A stretch of 64,000 nucleotides of DNA from an uncultured bacterium (GTDB lineage: Bacteria > Patescibacteriota > Minisyncoccia > Phycocordibacterales > PALSA-1337). The DNA lies in NCBI GenBank assembly GCA_903839725.1, contig CAIMDG010000002.1, positions 65,078 through 129,077 of the forward strand, read 5' to 3'. Under the pieces are notes generated by a model. That model was not told the DNA's origin, did not search any database, and saw nothing but the letters and a program-made list of their open reading frames with translations. The position numbers and the translations under genes are program-made. Positions 30,518 through 41,741 of this stretch are shown here, in pieces (the first letter of the stretch is position 1; every line of letters starts with the position of its first letter).

Positions 30518-31198
30518 TTACAATACATATTTACCATTTTTATCATCTCGAACAATCTTCCCTTTTTCCATCGTAATGACACGACCTTTCACAGTATCAA
30601 CGACTCCTTTATTATGAGTCGTAAGCAAAACTGTAGTACCCAACTCATTGATCTTCTGCAAGATGCGAATAATTTCGAAAGTGTTGGTTGGATCAAGGTT
30701 ACCTGTTGGTTCATCCGCAATGATGATGTCAGGCTGAGTAACAATGGCGCGAGCAATCGCTACACGCTGACGCTCTCCTCCAGATAATTCTTTGGGGAAA
30801 TTCCATATCTTATGACTCAAATTGACGAGCTCGAGTACATGAGGCACGTCTGCGGCAATTTCATTGTCACTTCGTCCAGTAGCTTCCATAGCAAAAGCAA
30901 TATTTTCATATATCGTCTTGTTTGGTATCAGACGATAGTCCTGGAATACGGTGCCGATGCGACGGCGAAGCTTGGTGGTTTCCTTCTTGGAGAGATTGTG
31001 AACATTGGTTGATTCAAAAAAAACAGATCCCTCCGTCGGAGAATCCTCAGCAATCAACATTTTTATAAGTGTAGTCTTTCCTGCTCCAGAATGACCGACA
31101 ATAGTAACGAATTCCTTGGGTTCTACACCGAAACTGATACCGTCGAGAGCGATGGAATTATCAGGGTATATTTTACTGACTTTATCGTAATAGATCAT
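30518..31198 (-). CDS. ftsE: cell division ATP-binding protein FtsE
   Basis: Walker A 'GHSGAGKTT', signature 'LSGGERQR' and Walker B 'IIADEPTGNLD'. ~226 aa. Confidence 0.85.
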   Translation of the reverse strand: MIYYDKVSKIYPDNSIALDGISFGVEPKEFVTIVGHSGAGKTTLIKMLIAEDSPTEGSVFFESTNVHNLSKKETTKLRRRIGTVFQDYRLIPNKTIYENIAFAMEATGRSDNEIAADVPHVLELVNLSHKIWNFPKELSGGERQRVAIARAIVTQPDIIIADEPTGNLDPTNTFEIIRILQKINELGTTVLLTTHNKGVVDTVKGRVITMEKGKIVRDDKNGKYVL

Positions 31199-31273
31199 GA
31201 GGTAATTGTAACATAAAAATAGTATCCGGAAGACCTGACATATGTTAGGTCTTCCGGAATCAACTCAATTAAC

Positions 31274-31310
31274 AAAAAAACCACCTACGCAACTGTGCGT
31301 AGGTGGTGGA
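31274..31310 (-). terminator. rho-independent terminator for the gene at 31334-31672
   Basis: 'CCACCTACGCA-ACTG-TGCGTAGGTGG' preceded by an A-run (a T-run on the minus strand). Confidence 0.6.
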
Positions 31311-31333
31311 ACGAAAGAGATGTGCCAGAAAAA

Positions 31334-31672
31334 TTAAACGCCGGGCACCCCGGGTGTAACCATGACCACCTTTTCTGATGGAGCAGGTTTGAACCAGTAA
31401 CTGAAGAACGCGTAGGATAAAAGCCAGATCGCCAAGCCTTCGCCGAGAGCAATGGCCAATCGCATCAAGATGATCACCGAATCCTTCGCTCCCGTGACGA
31501 AATAATTAACGACGGGTGAATCGTATTCAGTGATGGGATGTTTCAGAAGGAGCGGCCCGCCGATGTAATAATCACCAGGGGCTGTATCAAAACCGAAGTT
31601 GAAGCAAAACATAATGACGGTCGTAATAAGTCCAAAGAACAGACTGAGCGACATGACGAGTGGCTTTTTCAT
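31334..31672 (-). CDS. small membrane protein of unknown function
   Basis: Three predicted TM helices. Confidence 0.35.
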   Translation of the reverse strand: MKKPLVMSLSLFFGLITTVIMFCFNFGFDTAPGDYYIGGPLLLKHPITEYDSPVVNYFVTGAKDSVIILMRLAIALGEGLAIWLLSYAFFSYWFKPAPSEKVVMVTPGVPGV

Positions 31673-31797
31673 AGGAGTAGTTCTGTGCAGGGTGCCTACT
31701 TGGATGAGTCCAAGGTGTTTCAGATAGGCGATCTGGAATCTCTCAATGAGCGATTCTGGGAATACTTAAGCACAAATAGGTGCATGCACACAAGTGT

Positions 31798-32688
31798 TTA
31801 CAGTTCTTTTTCTGCTTCAATAAATTCATCCAAATCTCCTTCAAGGACTTTATCTACTTGTGATGTTTCAATATTTGTACGATGATCTTTCACCATTTTA
31901 TACGGATGTTGGACATACGAACGGATCTGATTACCCCACTCAATGGCTGTCGTTGAACTGAGTTGCATACCGCGCTCTTTTGCTATACGTTCTTCCTCCA
32001 TACGTTTCCAAAGTTTACCTCGCAAAATATCCATAGCCTTCTCTCTATTTTGTGCTTGTGAACGCTCAGATGTTACGTGAATAGAAATTCCAGTAGGTTT
32101 ATGCACCAATCGCACTGCAGTCTCACGCTTATTCACGTTTTGACCACCGGGACCCCCTGACTTTGCAATCGATATTTCGAGATCACTATCAGCAATAACC
32201 AGATCACCTTCTGAGGTCTTTTCAAATTCTGGGACAACTTCAACCAATGAAAATGACGTCTGTCTTTTCTGAGAAGAATTGAATGGAGAAATACGCACAA
32301 GACGATGTACACCCGATTCATTTTTGAGAGTTCCATAGACATTCTTGCCAGGAATTTCGATAGTAATATTTCGGAATCCACCATGATCATTGTGATTGGC
32401 ATGAATGATATTCCAGCCCCAACCCTTCCCTTCAGCATAGCGACGATACATGCGCACCAACATTGCAGAAAAATCTTCTGCATCATCACCTCCAGCTCCT
32501 GAAAGAATACTCAAGATGGCACTTCCTCTATCATATTTACCTACGCCTTCAAGAGCCTCTTTGAGTTGCTGTAATTCACGAACTGAAGCCTGTGCTTTAA
32601 CTTTATCAGACCAAAAATCAGCATCGGTCATGCGACTTTCGAGGTCTGTTATCTTTTGTTGTATTTCTTCTTTCTTTTGATTATTCAT
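31798..32688 (-). CDS. prfB: peptide chain release factor 2, no programmed frameshift
   Basis: 'SPF' tripeptide is specific to RF2. 'GGQ' motif in '[11 protein letters not shown]'. The ORF is continuous with a short N-terminal domain. Confidence 0.85.
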   Translation of the reverse strand: MNNQKKEEIQQKITDLESRMTDADFWSDKVKAQASVRELQQLKEALEGVGKYDRGSAILSILSGAGGDDAEDFSAMLVRMYRRYAEGKGWGWNIIHANHNDHGGFRNITIEIPGKNVYGTLKNESGVHRLVRISPFNSSQKRQTSFSLVEVVPEFEKTSEGDLVIADSDLEISIAKSGGPGGQNVNKRETAVRLVHKPTGISIHVTSERSQAQNREKAMDILRGKLWKRMEEERIAKERGMQLSSTTAIEWGNQIRSYVQHPYKMVKDHRTNIETSQVDKVLEGDLDEFIEAEKEL

Positions 32689-32711
32689 ATAATTCTAATC
32701 TTTTTCTACAG

Positions 32712-32782
32712 AGCCAAATGTGGGAATCGGACCCACGTTCCTGCTTTACGAAAGCAGTGTTCTGCCACTGAACTAATTTGGC
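32712..32782 (-). tRNA. tRNA-Thr (anticodon CGU)
   Basis: Acceptor GCCAAAT/ATTTGGC, anticodon loop 'TTCGTAA', T-stem GTGGG/CCCAC. CCA not encoded. Confidence 0.8.
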
Positions 32783-33276
32783 TTAGTCCTTACAAATAAA
32801 CGTCCTTCTGAAACTCTTTTACTTACTATTCTATTTGTACGTCCATTTCCCTTATTTGAACCGCCATATGTCGGTGTAAGTGAATCGCAATTTGGACAAA
32901 GTAACCTAAGATTACTTTCAATATTGTTGCGCCAGTTGCCATCGATATGATCAGCAACAAGAGGAACTATACCAGTTTTAGTATTGATTATCGACCACCC
33001 ACACAATACGCATCTATTTCCATACTTCTTTCTCAAGTATTCTTTGACGTTAACAGAAACAGTACCAATACTACTCAAACCACTTATCTCTCCCAATTTC
33101 CATTTTTCTATATATGTTCTTCTCTGAAACTCTAACTGACATTTATTACTACAATACGTATACCTTGATCGCCCAGGTACAGTTGAACAGACAAGACATA
33201 CATTTTTATTCTTTCTTGGCATTGGCATAATATCGAGTATATCCAATACTAAAAATACCGTCAAAATTTTATACAA
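32773..33276 (-). CDS. HNH endonuclease (free-standing, between two tRNA-Thr genes)
   Basis: N-terminal zinc ribbon 'CLVCSTVPG...CSNKCQ' and HNH motif 'ADHIDGNWRNNIESNLRLLCPNCDS'. Start lies 3 nt after the tRNA-Thr(GGU) 3' end. Confidence 0.7.
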   Translation of the reverse strand: MYKILTVFLVLDILDIMPMPRKNKNVCLVCSTVPGRSRYTYCSNKCQLEFQRRTYIEKWKLGEISGLSSIGTVSVNVKEYLRKKYGNRCVLCGWSIINTKTGIVPLVADHIDGNWRNNIESNLRLLCPNCDSLTPTYGGSNKGNGRTNRIVSKRVSEGRLFVRTKPN

Positions 33277-33278
33277 GG

Positions 33279-33541
33279 AGCCGTTGTCCGGGATTGAACC
33301 GGAGACCTCGTCATTCGTTTACACCTCACCTTACGGGAGGACTAGACTGTATCTTTTTCCATAAAATATATGGAAACCCTTGTCAGTCGTTCGGGTGTTA
33401 CCTATTGTAACGCCACGGTCTTATCCTTATACATTGATAGGACTTTAACCGTTATTCGGGATTCACGTATATGTTACCAAGTACGTGGGCAGGGTCTTAC
33501 GACCTACCAATGACGTGCTCTACCAACTGAGCTACAACGGC
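33279..33541 (-). tRNA. tRNA-Thr (anticodon GGU) interrupted in the anticodon loop by a ~190-nt putative group I intron
   Basis: 5' exon 33506-33541 reads 'GCCGTTGTAGCTCAGTTGGTAGAGCACGTCATTGGT'. 3' exon 33279-33315 reads 'AATGACGAGGTCTCCGGTTCAATCCCGGACAACGGCT'. Joined, they give a canonical 73-nt cloverleaf with loop UUGGUAA. Confidence 0.6.
33316..33505 (-). ncRNA. putative minimal group I intron (inserted between tRNA positions 36 and 37)
   Basis: The 5' exon ends in U and the intron ends in G. The intron contains 'AAAGATACAGTCTAGTCC' resembling the group I S element 'AAGATATAGTCC', with a 'GACTG' candidate P7 partner. Confidence 0.45.
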
Positions 33542-33830
33542 GATTTTCCTTTCCCAAGGAAAATCGGATCGAAGATTTCTTTCGGCGTAAGCCGATAGAA
33601 ATCTGAGACCAGAATTCCTCTACCAATTTCAATCAAGTGCTTTCTATCGCGCGAGCGACAAGATGTACGAGACCAGATTTTCAACTTACTACCACAACGA
33701 CCTAAAACCATTATGGTTGCCTAAGAATAGTCTATTTATCAGATATTTTCAATCAAACAGATTCCGTATTGATATCCTATAAAAAAAGACTATAATCTAC
33801 ACCAGTAAACTTTGAACCCCTTGAAAGCAT

Positions 33831-34301
33831 ATGATAATAGTAACACTAGCCTACTTGGTAACACCGAGTGAAGTCTGGCTTGCTCCAAAAAATAAAAAAG
33901 TTGGTGTGGGTCTTCTCAATGGTTATGGTGGTCAAGTAAAAGAACACGAGACCATCATTCAAGCAGCTCTTCGAGAAACCAAAGAAGAATCACGTGTCGA
34001 AGTGAGTGCAAAGGATCTCATCCACATCACGACTATCAACATATTCCGAGGAGACGAGCACCGTTTTCAATGTCACATATTCCTGATCACCCGTTGGGGA
34101 GGAGAACCGCAGGAAACTGAAGAAATGGGAATTCCCGAAAAATTTCCACGCAACAAGTTGCCTCTTGCCAGAATGCTCCCCGGAGACTCACTTTGGCTTC
34201 CTGAAGTCATGATCGGGCGCCCTATCCCCCAAGGTGGCTTTGTTCGTTACAACAAAGACATGACCCGCGTTATCGAATCGCATTTACCTGCAGCACTTTG
34301 A
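33831..34301 (+). CDS. Nudix hydrolase (MutT-like)
   Basis: Nudix box 'GGQVKEHETIIQAALRETKEESRV'. Confidence 0.7.
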   Translation: MIIVTLAYLVTPSEVWLAPKNKKVGVGLLNGYGGQVKEHETIIQAALRETKEESRVEVSAKDLIHITTINIFRGDEHRFQCHIFLITRWGGEPQETEEMGIPEKFPRNKLPLARMLPGDSLWLPEVMIGRPIPQGGFVRYNKDMTRVIESHLPAAL

Positions 34302-34388
34302 ACGGTCTGCTCTAAACAAAAATCCACGTGAAGCATCAAGCTTCCGTGGAATTTTTATTGTGCACGATAAGCAGAAAGCTTATCGTGT

Positions 34389-34462
34389 TTTTCCTTGCGC
34401 GGCCAAGCGGGCTCGAACCGCCAACCTCTCGCGTGACAGGCGAGTGCTCTAACCAGTTGAGC
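34389..34462 (-). tRNA. tRNA-Asp (anticodon GUC)
   Basis: Acceptor GCGGCCA/TGGCCGC, anticodon loop 'CTGTCAC', T-loop 'TTCGAGC'. Confidence 0.85.
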
Positions 34463-34569
34463 TATGGCCGCAAGTGAGGACTCATGACAAAGCGTGCGTT
34501 ACGCTTGGACATGAAGTCCGAGCGCAGCGGCTATACGTATCTAGTATGGCCGCAAGTGAGGACTCATGA
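34455..34569. repeat. 33-bp direct repeat x2 (34455-34487 and 34537-34569) spanning the 5' end of tRNA-Asp plus flank
   Basis: 'ATGGCCGCAAGTGAGGACTCATGACAAAGCGTG' occurs twice, 49 bp apart. The first copy includes tRNA-Asp nucleotides 1-8. Confidence 0.7.
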
Positions 34570-34673
34570 CAAAGCGTGTAAACACTCTAAATACTAGAGT
34601 GGCATCAGTGTAGCAAAAAATGGCAGAAAAACAAGATTATTCACATATTACTATTCTCCCCCACTATTTACTG

Positions 34674-34747
34674 TGTCGGCGGAAGGGATCGAACCTTCGA
34701 CCTTGGGCTTATGAGTCCCACGCTCTAACCAACTGAGCTACGCCGAC
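34674..34747 (-). tRNA. tRNA with CAU anticodon (elongator Met or lysidine-Ile)
   Basis: Acceptor GTCGGCG/CGCCGAC, anticodon loop 'CTCATAA', T-loop 'TTCGATC'. Confidence 0.75.
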
Positions 34748-34886
34748 AATAACAAGGAATATTCCTTGTGAACCCTAACAATAATAGAAAATTGCCTATT
34801 ATGCAATTGTCTGTTGCACTTCAGCGAGGTTTATGGCAAAATGAATCAATCGTCACTGGTGAGTAATTCAGCCAACAGATGAATAT

Positions 34887-34958
34887 CGCGGGGTAGGGTA
34901 ACAGTAACCCGTCAGGCTCATAACCTGAAAATTGTCGGTGCGATTCCGGCCCCCGCAA
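34887..34958 (+). tRNA. tRNA-Met (CAU), putative initiator
   Basis: C1xA72 acceptor mismatch (CGCGGGG/CCCCGCA) is typical of bacterial initiator tRNA. Anticodon loop 'CTCATAA'. Confidence 0.7.
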
Positions 34959-34976
34959 CAAGAATAGTAGCCAAAA

Positions 34977-35558
34977 CTATATATAGTAGAACTCATCAAA
35001 CACTTTTTTGTACAAGTGGTACGCTTCTTGCGCCTCGATCTTATTCAAGGTAAAACCAACTTCGTGCGCAATTCTATTACGAACCTTATGTGCTTCCCAT
35101 GCATCTTGCAACGTCTTAAAATCACCTGGCTCAACACGCTTGAGTTTCTCCCCTACACTTTCACCACGGTATCCCATCTTACTCAGCAATTCATCGAGAA
35201 TCATATCTGCTTCAAGGATAGCCTGCTTCCAGTCATTCTGATTTGGTGAATCAATATGTTTAACAACATTTTCCCAGCGATGTGCCATAACCACATCACC
35301 ACTCTCGGGTAGACGTTCAAATGCTTCCTCGACGTTTGCCTCATGAATAAGTGCCTCTTTTTTTCGCAGCACTTTCAAACGTTCAACTGAATATATGATT
35401 GCAATAATAAAGAAAATAGAAACAACAATTGAAAGTCCTACGAGGATACCTGCCGCGTCTTTGATCCATACAACTATCGTTGGCCACCAAAGTGCAAATT
35501 GATGAGGAAGATTCCCCACATCGATTCCTGGAAGAATTATATTAGTACTATTAGCCAT
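34977..35558 (-). CDS. hypothetical membrane-anchored protein
   Basis: One or two N-terminal TM helices and a charged C-terminal domain. No motif. Start set at 'MANSTNII'. Confidence 0.35.
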   Translation of the reverse strand: MANSTNIILPGIDVGNLPHQFALWWPTIVVWIKDAAGILVGLSIVVSIFFIIAIIYSVERLKVLRKKEALIHEANVEEAFERLPESGDVVMAHRWENVVKHIDSPNQNDWKQAILEADMILDELLSKMGYRGESVGEKLKRVEPGDFKTLQDAWEAHKVRNRIAHEVGFTLNKIEAQEAYHLYKKVFDEFYYI

Positions 35559-35580
35559 AAATAGATTATATAACAAAAAG

Positions 35581-35706
35581 AACACCCTCGCATGTGTATT
35601 GGTCCGCAACTCCGTGGTTATTTTAAAATATGTGTCTAAAGAAAAATGTAATGAAATAATATCCAGCTGGGAATATTACGGACCAATACACATGCGAGGG
35701 TGTTCT
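35581..35706. repeat. Family-2 element copy B: conserved core flanked by perfect 27-bp copy-specific inverted repeats
   Basis: Arms 'GAACACCCTCGCATGTGTATTGGTCCG' / 'CGGACCAATACACATGCGAGGGTGTTC'. The core '...ATATGTGTCTAAAGAAAAATGTAATGAAATAATATCCAGCTGGGAAT' matches the copy A core. Confidence 0.8.
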
Positions 35707-35719
35707 ACACTCACCAAAA

Positions 35720-37165
35720 CTACTCACCGAGAAAATCTTTTCCTATAGTAAACAAACCAGCTTCGTCACCATGTCGAGCAGTTAACTGAAGACCAATAGG
35801 TAAATCTTTGCCATCTTTTTTCGTCATACCACATGGAATAGAAAGTGCTGGCATACCTGTAATGTTTGCAGTTACCGTGAAAATATCTTCAAGATACATA
35901 GAAATAGGATCATTATTCTTTTCGCCAATTTTGAATGCTGGTGATGGAGCTGTCGGTGTTGCAATAAAATCAACTGATGCAAAAGCTTTCAAGAAGTCTG
36001 TAGTGATCATAGTGCGCACAGCATTGGCGCGATTGTAATACGCATCATAATATCCTGACGAAAGTACATACGTACCGAGCAAAATACGACGAATGACTTC
36101 ACGTCCAAGTCCTGCACGACGTGTTTCAAAATAATCCTGAATACCTGTCTCACCGTCCTTGTGAAGACCATACTTAACACCATCGAAACGAGCCATGTTC
36201 GAAGAGACTTCTGCTGGCATAATGATGTAATACACCAACAATGAATATGAAATATTTGGCAGCTGTATATCTATTATTTCATAGCCTTTTTGCTTGAATG
36301 ATTCGAGGGATGCATTGAACGCATCCATAACAGCTGGATCAATTCCCTCTTTCAAGAAATGTCGTGGCACTCCAATCACTGGTTTTGTTTTGGATGATAC
36401 ATTCTTTGGTGTGTATGTTTTTGTATCTATGGTTGTTCCATCATGAATATCTTTTCCTTTAATTGCGTTGAAAATAATCTCACTATCAGTGACAGTCTGT
36501 GAAATGGGACCAATCTGATCGAGTGATGAACCCATAGCAATAGCACCATAACGAGATACTGCTCCATAGGTAGGCTTGAGTCCTACAACACCACAGAAAC
36601 TCGCTGGCTGACGAATAGAGCCTCCTGTATCGGTGCCGAGTGTGAATACCGCACCATCCATGGCAACCGTGGCTGCAGAACCTCCAGAAGAACCACCCGC
36701 AACTCTACTTGTATCATACGGATTCTTGGTAACACCAAATGCAGAATTCTCTGTAGAACCACCCATGGCAAATTCATCCATATTGAGACGGCCAAGAAAT
36801 ACCACACCTTCCTTTTTAAGTTTTTCAATAACTGTCGCATCATATGTCGCATGATACTTCTCAAGAATCTTCGAGGCTGCACTCGCAACATGTCCTTGAA
36901 TGAGAATGTTATCTTTGATTCCACATGGAATGCCTACGAGTAACCCAAAATCTTGATTCTTATTTCGTGAATCAGCGATCTTCACATCTGCTTGTTTTGC
37001 CTGTTCGAGAGCATCGGCAAATACTTCCAAGTATGCGTTGATTTCCGGATTCTTACCTTTGATCTGTTCTAGATATGCCTGTGTCAGTTGCACTGAAGTA
37101 TATTCACCCTTCTTAAGAGCTTCATGTGCTTTCTGTATTGTTAGTTTATGTAAATCTATTGCCAT
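35720..37165 (-). CDS. gatA: Asp-tRNA(Asn)/Glu-tRNA(Gln) amidotransferase subunit A
   Basis: Amidase signature 'GGSSGGSAATVA'. ~480 aa. Confidence 0.9.
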   Translation of the reverse strand: MAIDLHKLTIQKAHEALKKGEYTSVQLTQAYLEQIKGKNPEINAYLEVFADALEQAKQADVKIADSRNKNQDFGLLVGIPCGIKDNILIQGHVASAASKILEKYHATYDATVIEKLKKEGVVFLGRLNMDEFAMGGSTENSAFGVTKNPYDTSRVAGGSSGGSAATVAMDGAVFTLGTDTGGSIRQPASFCGVVGLKPTYGAVSRYGAIAMGSSLDQIGPISQTVTDSEIIFNAIKGKDIHDGTTIDTKTYTPKNVSSKTKPVIGVPRHFLKEGIDPAVMDAFNASLESFKQKGYEIIDIQLPNISYSLLVYYIIMPAEVSSNMARFDGVKYGLHKDGETGIQDYFETRRAGLGREVIRRILLGTYVLSSGYYDAYYNRANAVRTMITTDFLKAFASVDFIATPTAPSPAFKIGEKNNDPISMYLEDIFTVTANITGMPALSIPCGMTKKDGKDLPIGLQLTARHGDEAGLFTIGKDFLGE

Positions 37166-37178
37166 GGTTTTTGTGTTT

Positions 37179-37216
37179 TATTCGCGTCATTCGCATGCAT
37201 TCGCGGATTTGCATCG
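37179..37216. repeat. P-family half-element (single arm) between gatC stop and gatA start
   Basis: 'TATTCGCGTCATTCGCATGCATTCGCGGATTTGCATCG' matches the right arms at 1731-1767 and 37605-37642. Confidence 0.7.
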
Positions 37217-37501
37217 TTACAGTATTTTTTTAACTGCAATAAAATCCCCTTCTCGATCTGGAGCTTCACTCAACAGACCCTCGCGATCTTCCTTGGAAAT
37301 CTGACGTGCCTCATCTGGGCGCATGATATTTTTGACTGCACCAACACGACCCTCAGTATCAGTAGAAACCTCAACTTTTTTGAGCTGGTCAATATAACCA
37401 AGAATAGAATCAAACTCTTTGACGAGTGAGACCTTATCTTCTTCGGTGATTTTGATGCGCGCCAATGTCGCCAATTTCTCTATTTCTGCGGGAGTTATCA
37501 T
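37217..37501 (-). CDS. gatC: Asp/Glu-tRNA amidotransferase subunit C
   Basis: ~95-aa protein directly upstream of gatA with a GatC-like 'ITEEDKVSLVKEFDSILGYIDQL'. Start set at 'MITPAEI'. Confidence 0.7.
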   Translation of the reverse strand: MITPAEIEKLATLARIKITEEDKVSLVKEFDSILGYIDQLKKVEVSTDTEGRVGAVKNIMRPDEARQISKEDREGLLSEAPDREGDFIAVKKIL

Positions 37502-37547
37502 GTTGAAGATTGTAACAGCGAGAAGGAGGAAGGGCAAGAAGGGGGAG

Positions 37548-37642
37548 CGATGCAAATTACGAATGAACGCGAATGACGCGAATACATCGCGTCCGGATGC
37601 GACGTATTCGCGTCATTCGCATACATTTGCGGATTTGCATCG
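37548..37642. repeat. P-family palindrome copy 3 (38-bp arms, 19-bp spacer) between ligA stop and gatC start
   Basis: Left 'CGATGCAAATTACGAATGAACGCGAATGACGCGAATAC'. Right 'TATTCGCGTCATTCGCATACATTTGCGGATTTGCATCG'. Confidence 0.75.
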
Positions 37643-37658
37643 GCACCCCTTCTTGCCA

Positions 37659-39749
<2,091 letters not shown>

Positions 39750-39785
39750 CTAAGGATAGCAAAATTGAAGAAAAAGGGCGAAGAA

Positions 39786-40454
39786 TTACCAGCGAGGATA
39801 CGAAACATTCTGAGCACGTTCAACAGTATTGGCGTTACCGGTATCATAATTATATCGACCAGACGAAGAATCATACTTACAGACACTATACCCTCGAGCA
39901 GCAATACTCGTTATTCCTCCAGTACCAACGGCCTTTGGACTTGTTGTATAAGTAATAATTGCACATCCAATATCAGGGTCTTGTCCAAATGGAATTGCAT
40001 AGTAACTCCATGTTGTAACATTGGTTGTTGAATCATATGAAAAAGAACTTTGAACCAAAGGAACACCGTTACACGTAGGAGTGTGTAGACTACTCAAAAT
40101 GCCAGGATGTGCAGTAAAACCAGCAGGATCAGGAGGTACATTTGGTGTATAATATCCACTACTAGGATTGTCTGTATATGTCCATGCATGAGACTCTCCA
40201 ATACCAAAATCAGTTCCTGGCTCAAGCTTCCCTGTGGATGATGCGATATTTAACCATGAAACAGACTCCGTACATTCTCGTGCAGATTTAGCATTATATG
40301 AAGCTTTCATAGATTCACGAGCAGCTGTCGCCAATTGAAATTGCTTTTTACTCACCGAAAGGATGAACATAGCAACACTAAGTACAAGCGATGAAATGAT
40401 AACCGCAAATAGAAGTGTGTATCCAGATTGTGTGTATTTCAATTTCATTATCAT
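39786..40454 (-). CDS. pseudopilin-like protein (prepilin-like N-terminal helix lacking Glu5)
   Basis: N-terminus 'QSGYTLLFAVIISSLVL' resembles the prepilin cleavage/methylation segment without the conserved E. First gene of the pilin operon. Confidence 0.4.
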   Translation of the reverse strand: MIMKLKYTQSGYTLLFAVIISSLVLSVAMFILSVSKKQFQLATAARESMKASYNAKSARECTESVSWLNIASSTGKLEPGTDFGIGESHAWTYTDNPSSGYYTPNVPPDPAGFTAHPGILSSLHTPTCNGVPLVQSSFSYDSTTNVTTWSYYAIPFGQDPDIGCAIITYTTSPKAVGTGGITSIAARGYSVCKYDSSSGRYNYDTGNANTVERAQNVSYPRW

Positions 40455-41057
40455 TTATTTGTTAGTTTGCTGTGTCACATTCAGATACAGATCAATCTCA
40501 TTCTCAATTGTTGTAGTATTCCATGAAACAGTAACGTGGATACGGCACTCTTGATCATCAGCATAACTACAAGAAGGAACAGACAAAGTAGGAGAACCAG
40601 GAGGCAAAACAGCAGTAGCTTTTTCTAAATAAAATCCACGTTTGAATACGGTTTTGTTTCCACTATCATTGGTCGAATATATATTCTTATCACTTACAAA
40701 CAACGGGCACAATGCTCCGCTTGGACCACAATTTGTAAAATTGCCTGGTGTAATTGTATCGAAATCACAACGATGATATTGATCGCCACAACTCGTATTT
40801 AATTTTGATATAAATGTATCGAATTTACTTCCGAGGAGATCATTGTAATCTAAATTTGATTTCTGATTTTTAATCGTTTCCATTGCTTCTTGTGCCAAAT
40901 ATGAAGCAGTCATCTGATCTTTTGCATATAAAGCAGAGGTTAATCCTTTACTTGCAATCAATAATGGCCCCGCAATTGCAATCATAAGTAATGTCACTGC
41001 CACGAGTGTCTCGATGATGGTAAAACCTTTTTGAGTTATGCGATGTAGTGATCTCAT
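40455..41057 (-). CDS. prepilin-type N-terminal cleavage/methylation domain protein (minor pilin)
   Basis: 'KGFTIIETLVAVTLLMIAI' is a class III signal peptide motif. Confidence 0.7.
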   Translation of the reverse strand: MRSLHRITQKGFTIIETLVAVTLLMIAIAGPLLIASKGLTSALYAKDQMTASYLAQEAMETIKNQKSNLDYNDLLGSKFDTFISKLNTSCGDQYHRCDFDTITPGNFTNCGPSGALCPLFVSDKNIYSTNDSGNKTVFKRGFYLEKATAVLPPGSPTLSVPSCSYADDQECRIHVTVSWNTTTIENEIDLYLNVTQQTNK

Positions 41058-41740
41058 ATAAGTTGAGGTTTTGCGAGAGAAATAGCTGTTTGAACATCAA
41101 AGTACGTCTTCTCCAATTCACTTACCCCTGCAAATCCTGAAAGGTGTAAGAAAGTGAGCGGATACTTTTGAGGAGGAACAGCGGAGGAATCATAACTTAC
41201 TTTTATTGAAAAATCGCTCAGAGTAACCTCAGGTGCAGTAACAGGTACGAACGGTGCATTACTACTTCCGAAGCTATCGGTACAACTTGTTTGTTCAGAT
41301 TTTTCAAGAGTGAATGATGTTGCGCCTATAGAAGTAACATGGAAAAAATATGCATCAGAAAGTGTTTGACCTAGATCCACATCACAACCCGAACCAGAGT
41401 TTGGAGTTTGAAATACCAATACAAGACTTTTGCCAGCTGATAGATTACTTTCGCACGCAATACCAGAAGGAATAGCTGTCAATGTTGGAGAGCTAGTATT
41501 TGGTGCAATATTATTATCACAGTGCACTGCTGATGCCAAACTCAATTCACGAGACATAATATCAAGTGCGAAATTAACATTTGTGATTGACGACATGAGC
41601 GCCTGTGCTTTTTTATTCACACTCACGATTTTTATCATCGCTCCGAGAGCAATAACTGCAACAACAGAAAAAATCATAAGTGACACAACTATCTCCACCA
41701 ATGAAAATCCTCGTCTTTGTTTTTGTCGTGAAATATTCAT
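41054..41740 (-). CDS. prepilin-type N-terminal cleavage/methylation domain protein (minor pilin)
   Basis: 'RGFSLVEIVVSLMIFSVV'. Confidence 0.65.
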   Translation of the reverse strand: MNISRQKQRRGFSLVEIVVSLMIFSVVAVIALGAMIKIVSVNKKAQALMSSITNVNFALDIMSRELSLASAVHCDNNIAPNTSSPTLTAIPSGIACESNLSAGKSLVLVFQTPNSGSGCDVDLGQTLSDAYFFHVTSIGATSFTLEKSEQTSCTDSFGSSNAPFVPVTAPEVTLSDFSIKVSYDSSAVPPQKYPLTFLHLSGFAGVSELEKTYFDVQTAISLAKPQLI

Positions 41741-41741
41741 A

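Noticed and set aside
31798-32688. Possible programmed +1 frameshift in prfB, or UGA recoding in this CPR genome
   Set aside because: The RF2 ORF is continuous from its N-terminus with no in-frame UGA. RF2 is present and all long ORFs end cleanly. Standard code 11 without a prfB frameshift was assumed.
33545-33830. ~285-bp non-coding stretch upstream of the intron-containing tRNA, with several hairpins, considered as SRP RNA, RNase P RNA or tmRNA
   Set aside because: None of the conserved motifs of those RNAs is present: no 4.5S 'GGAAGCAGCC'-type domain IV, no RNase P 'AGGGTGAAA' P4 region, no tmRNA tRNA-like ends. It is most likely promoter or leader sequence for the tRNA cluster.
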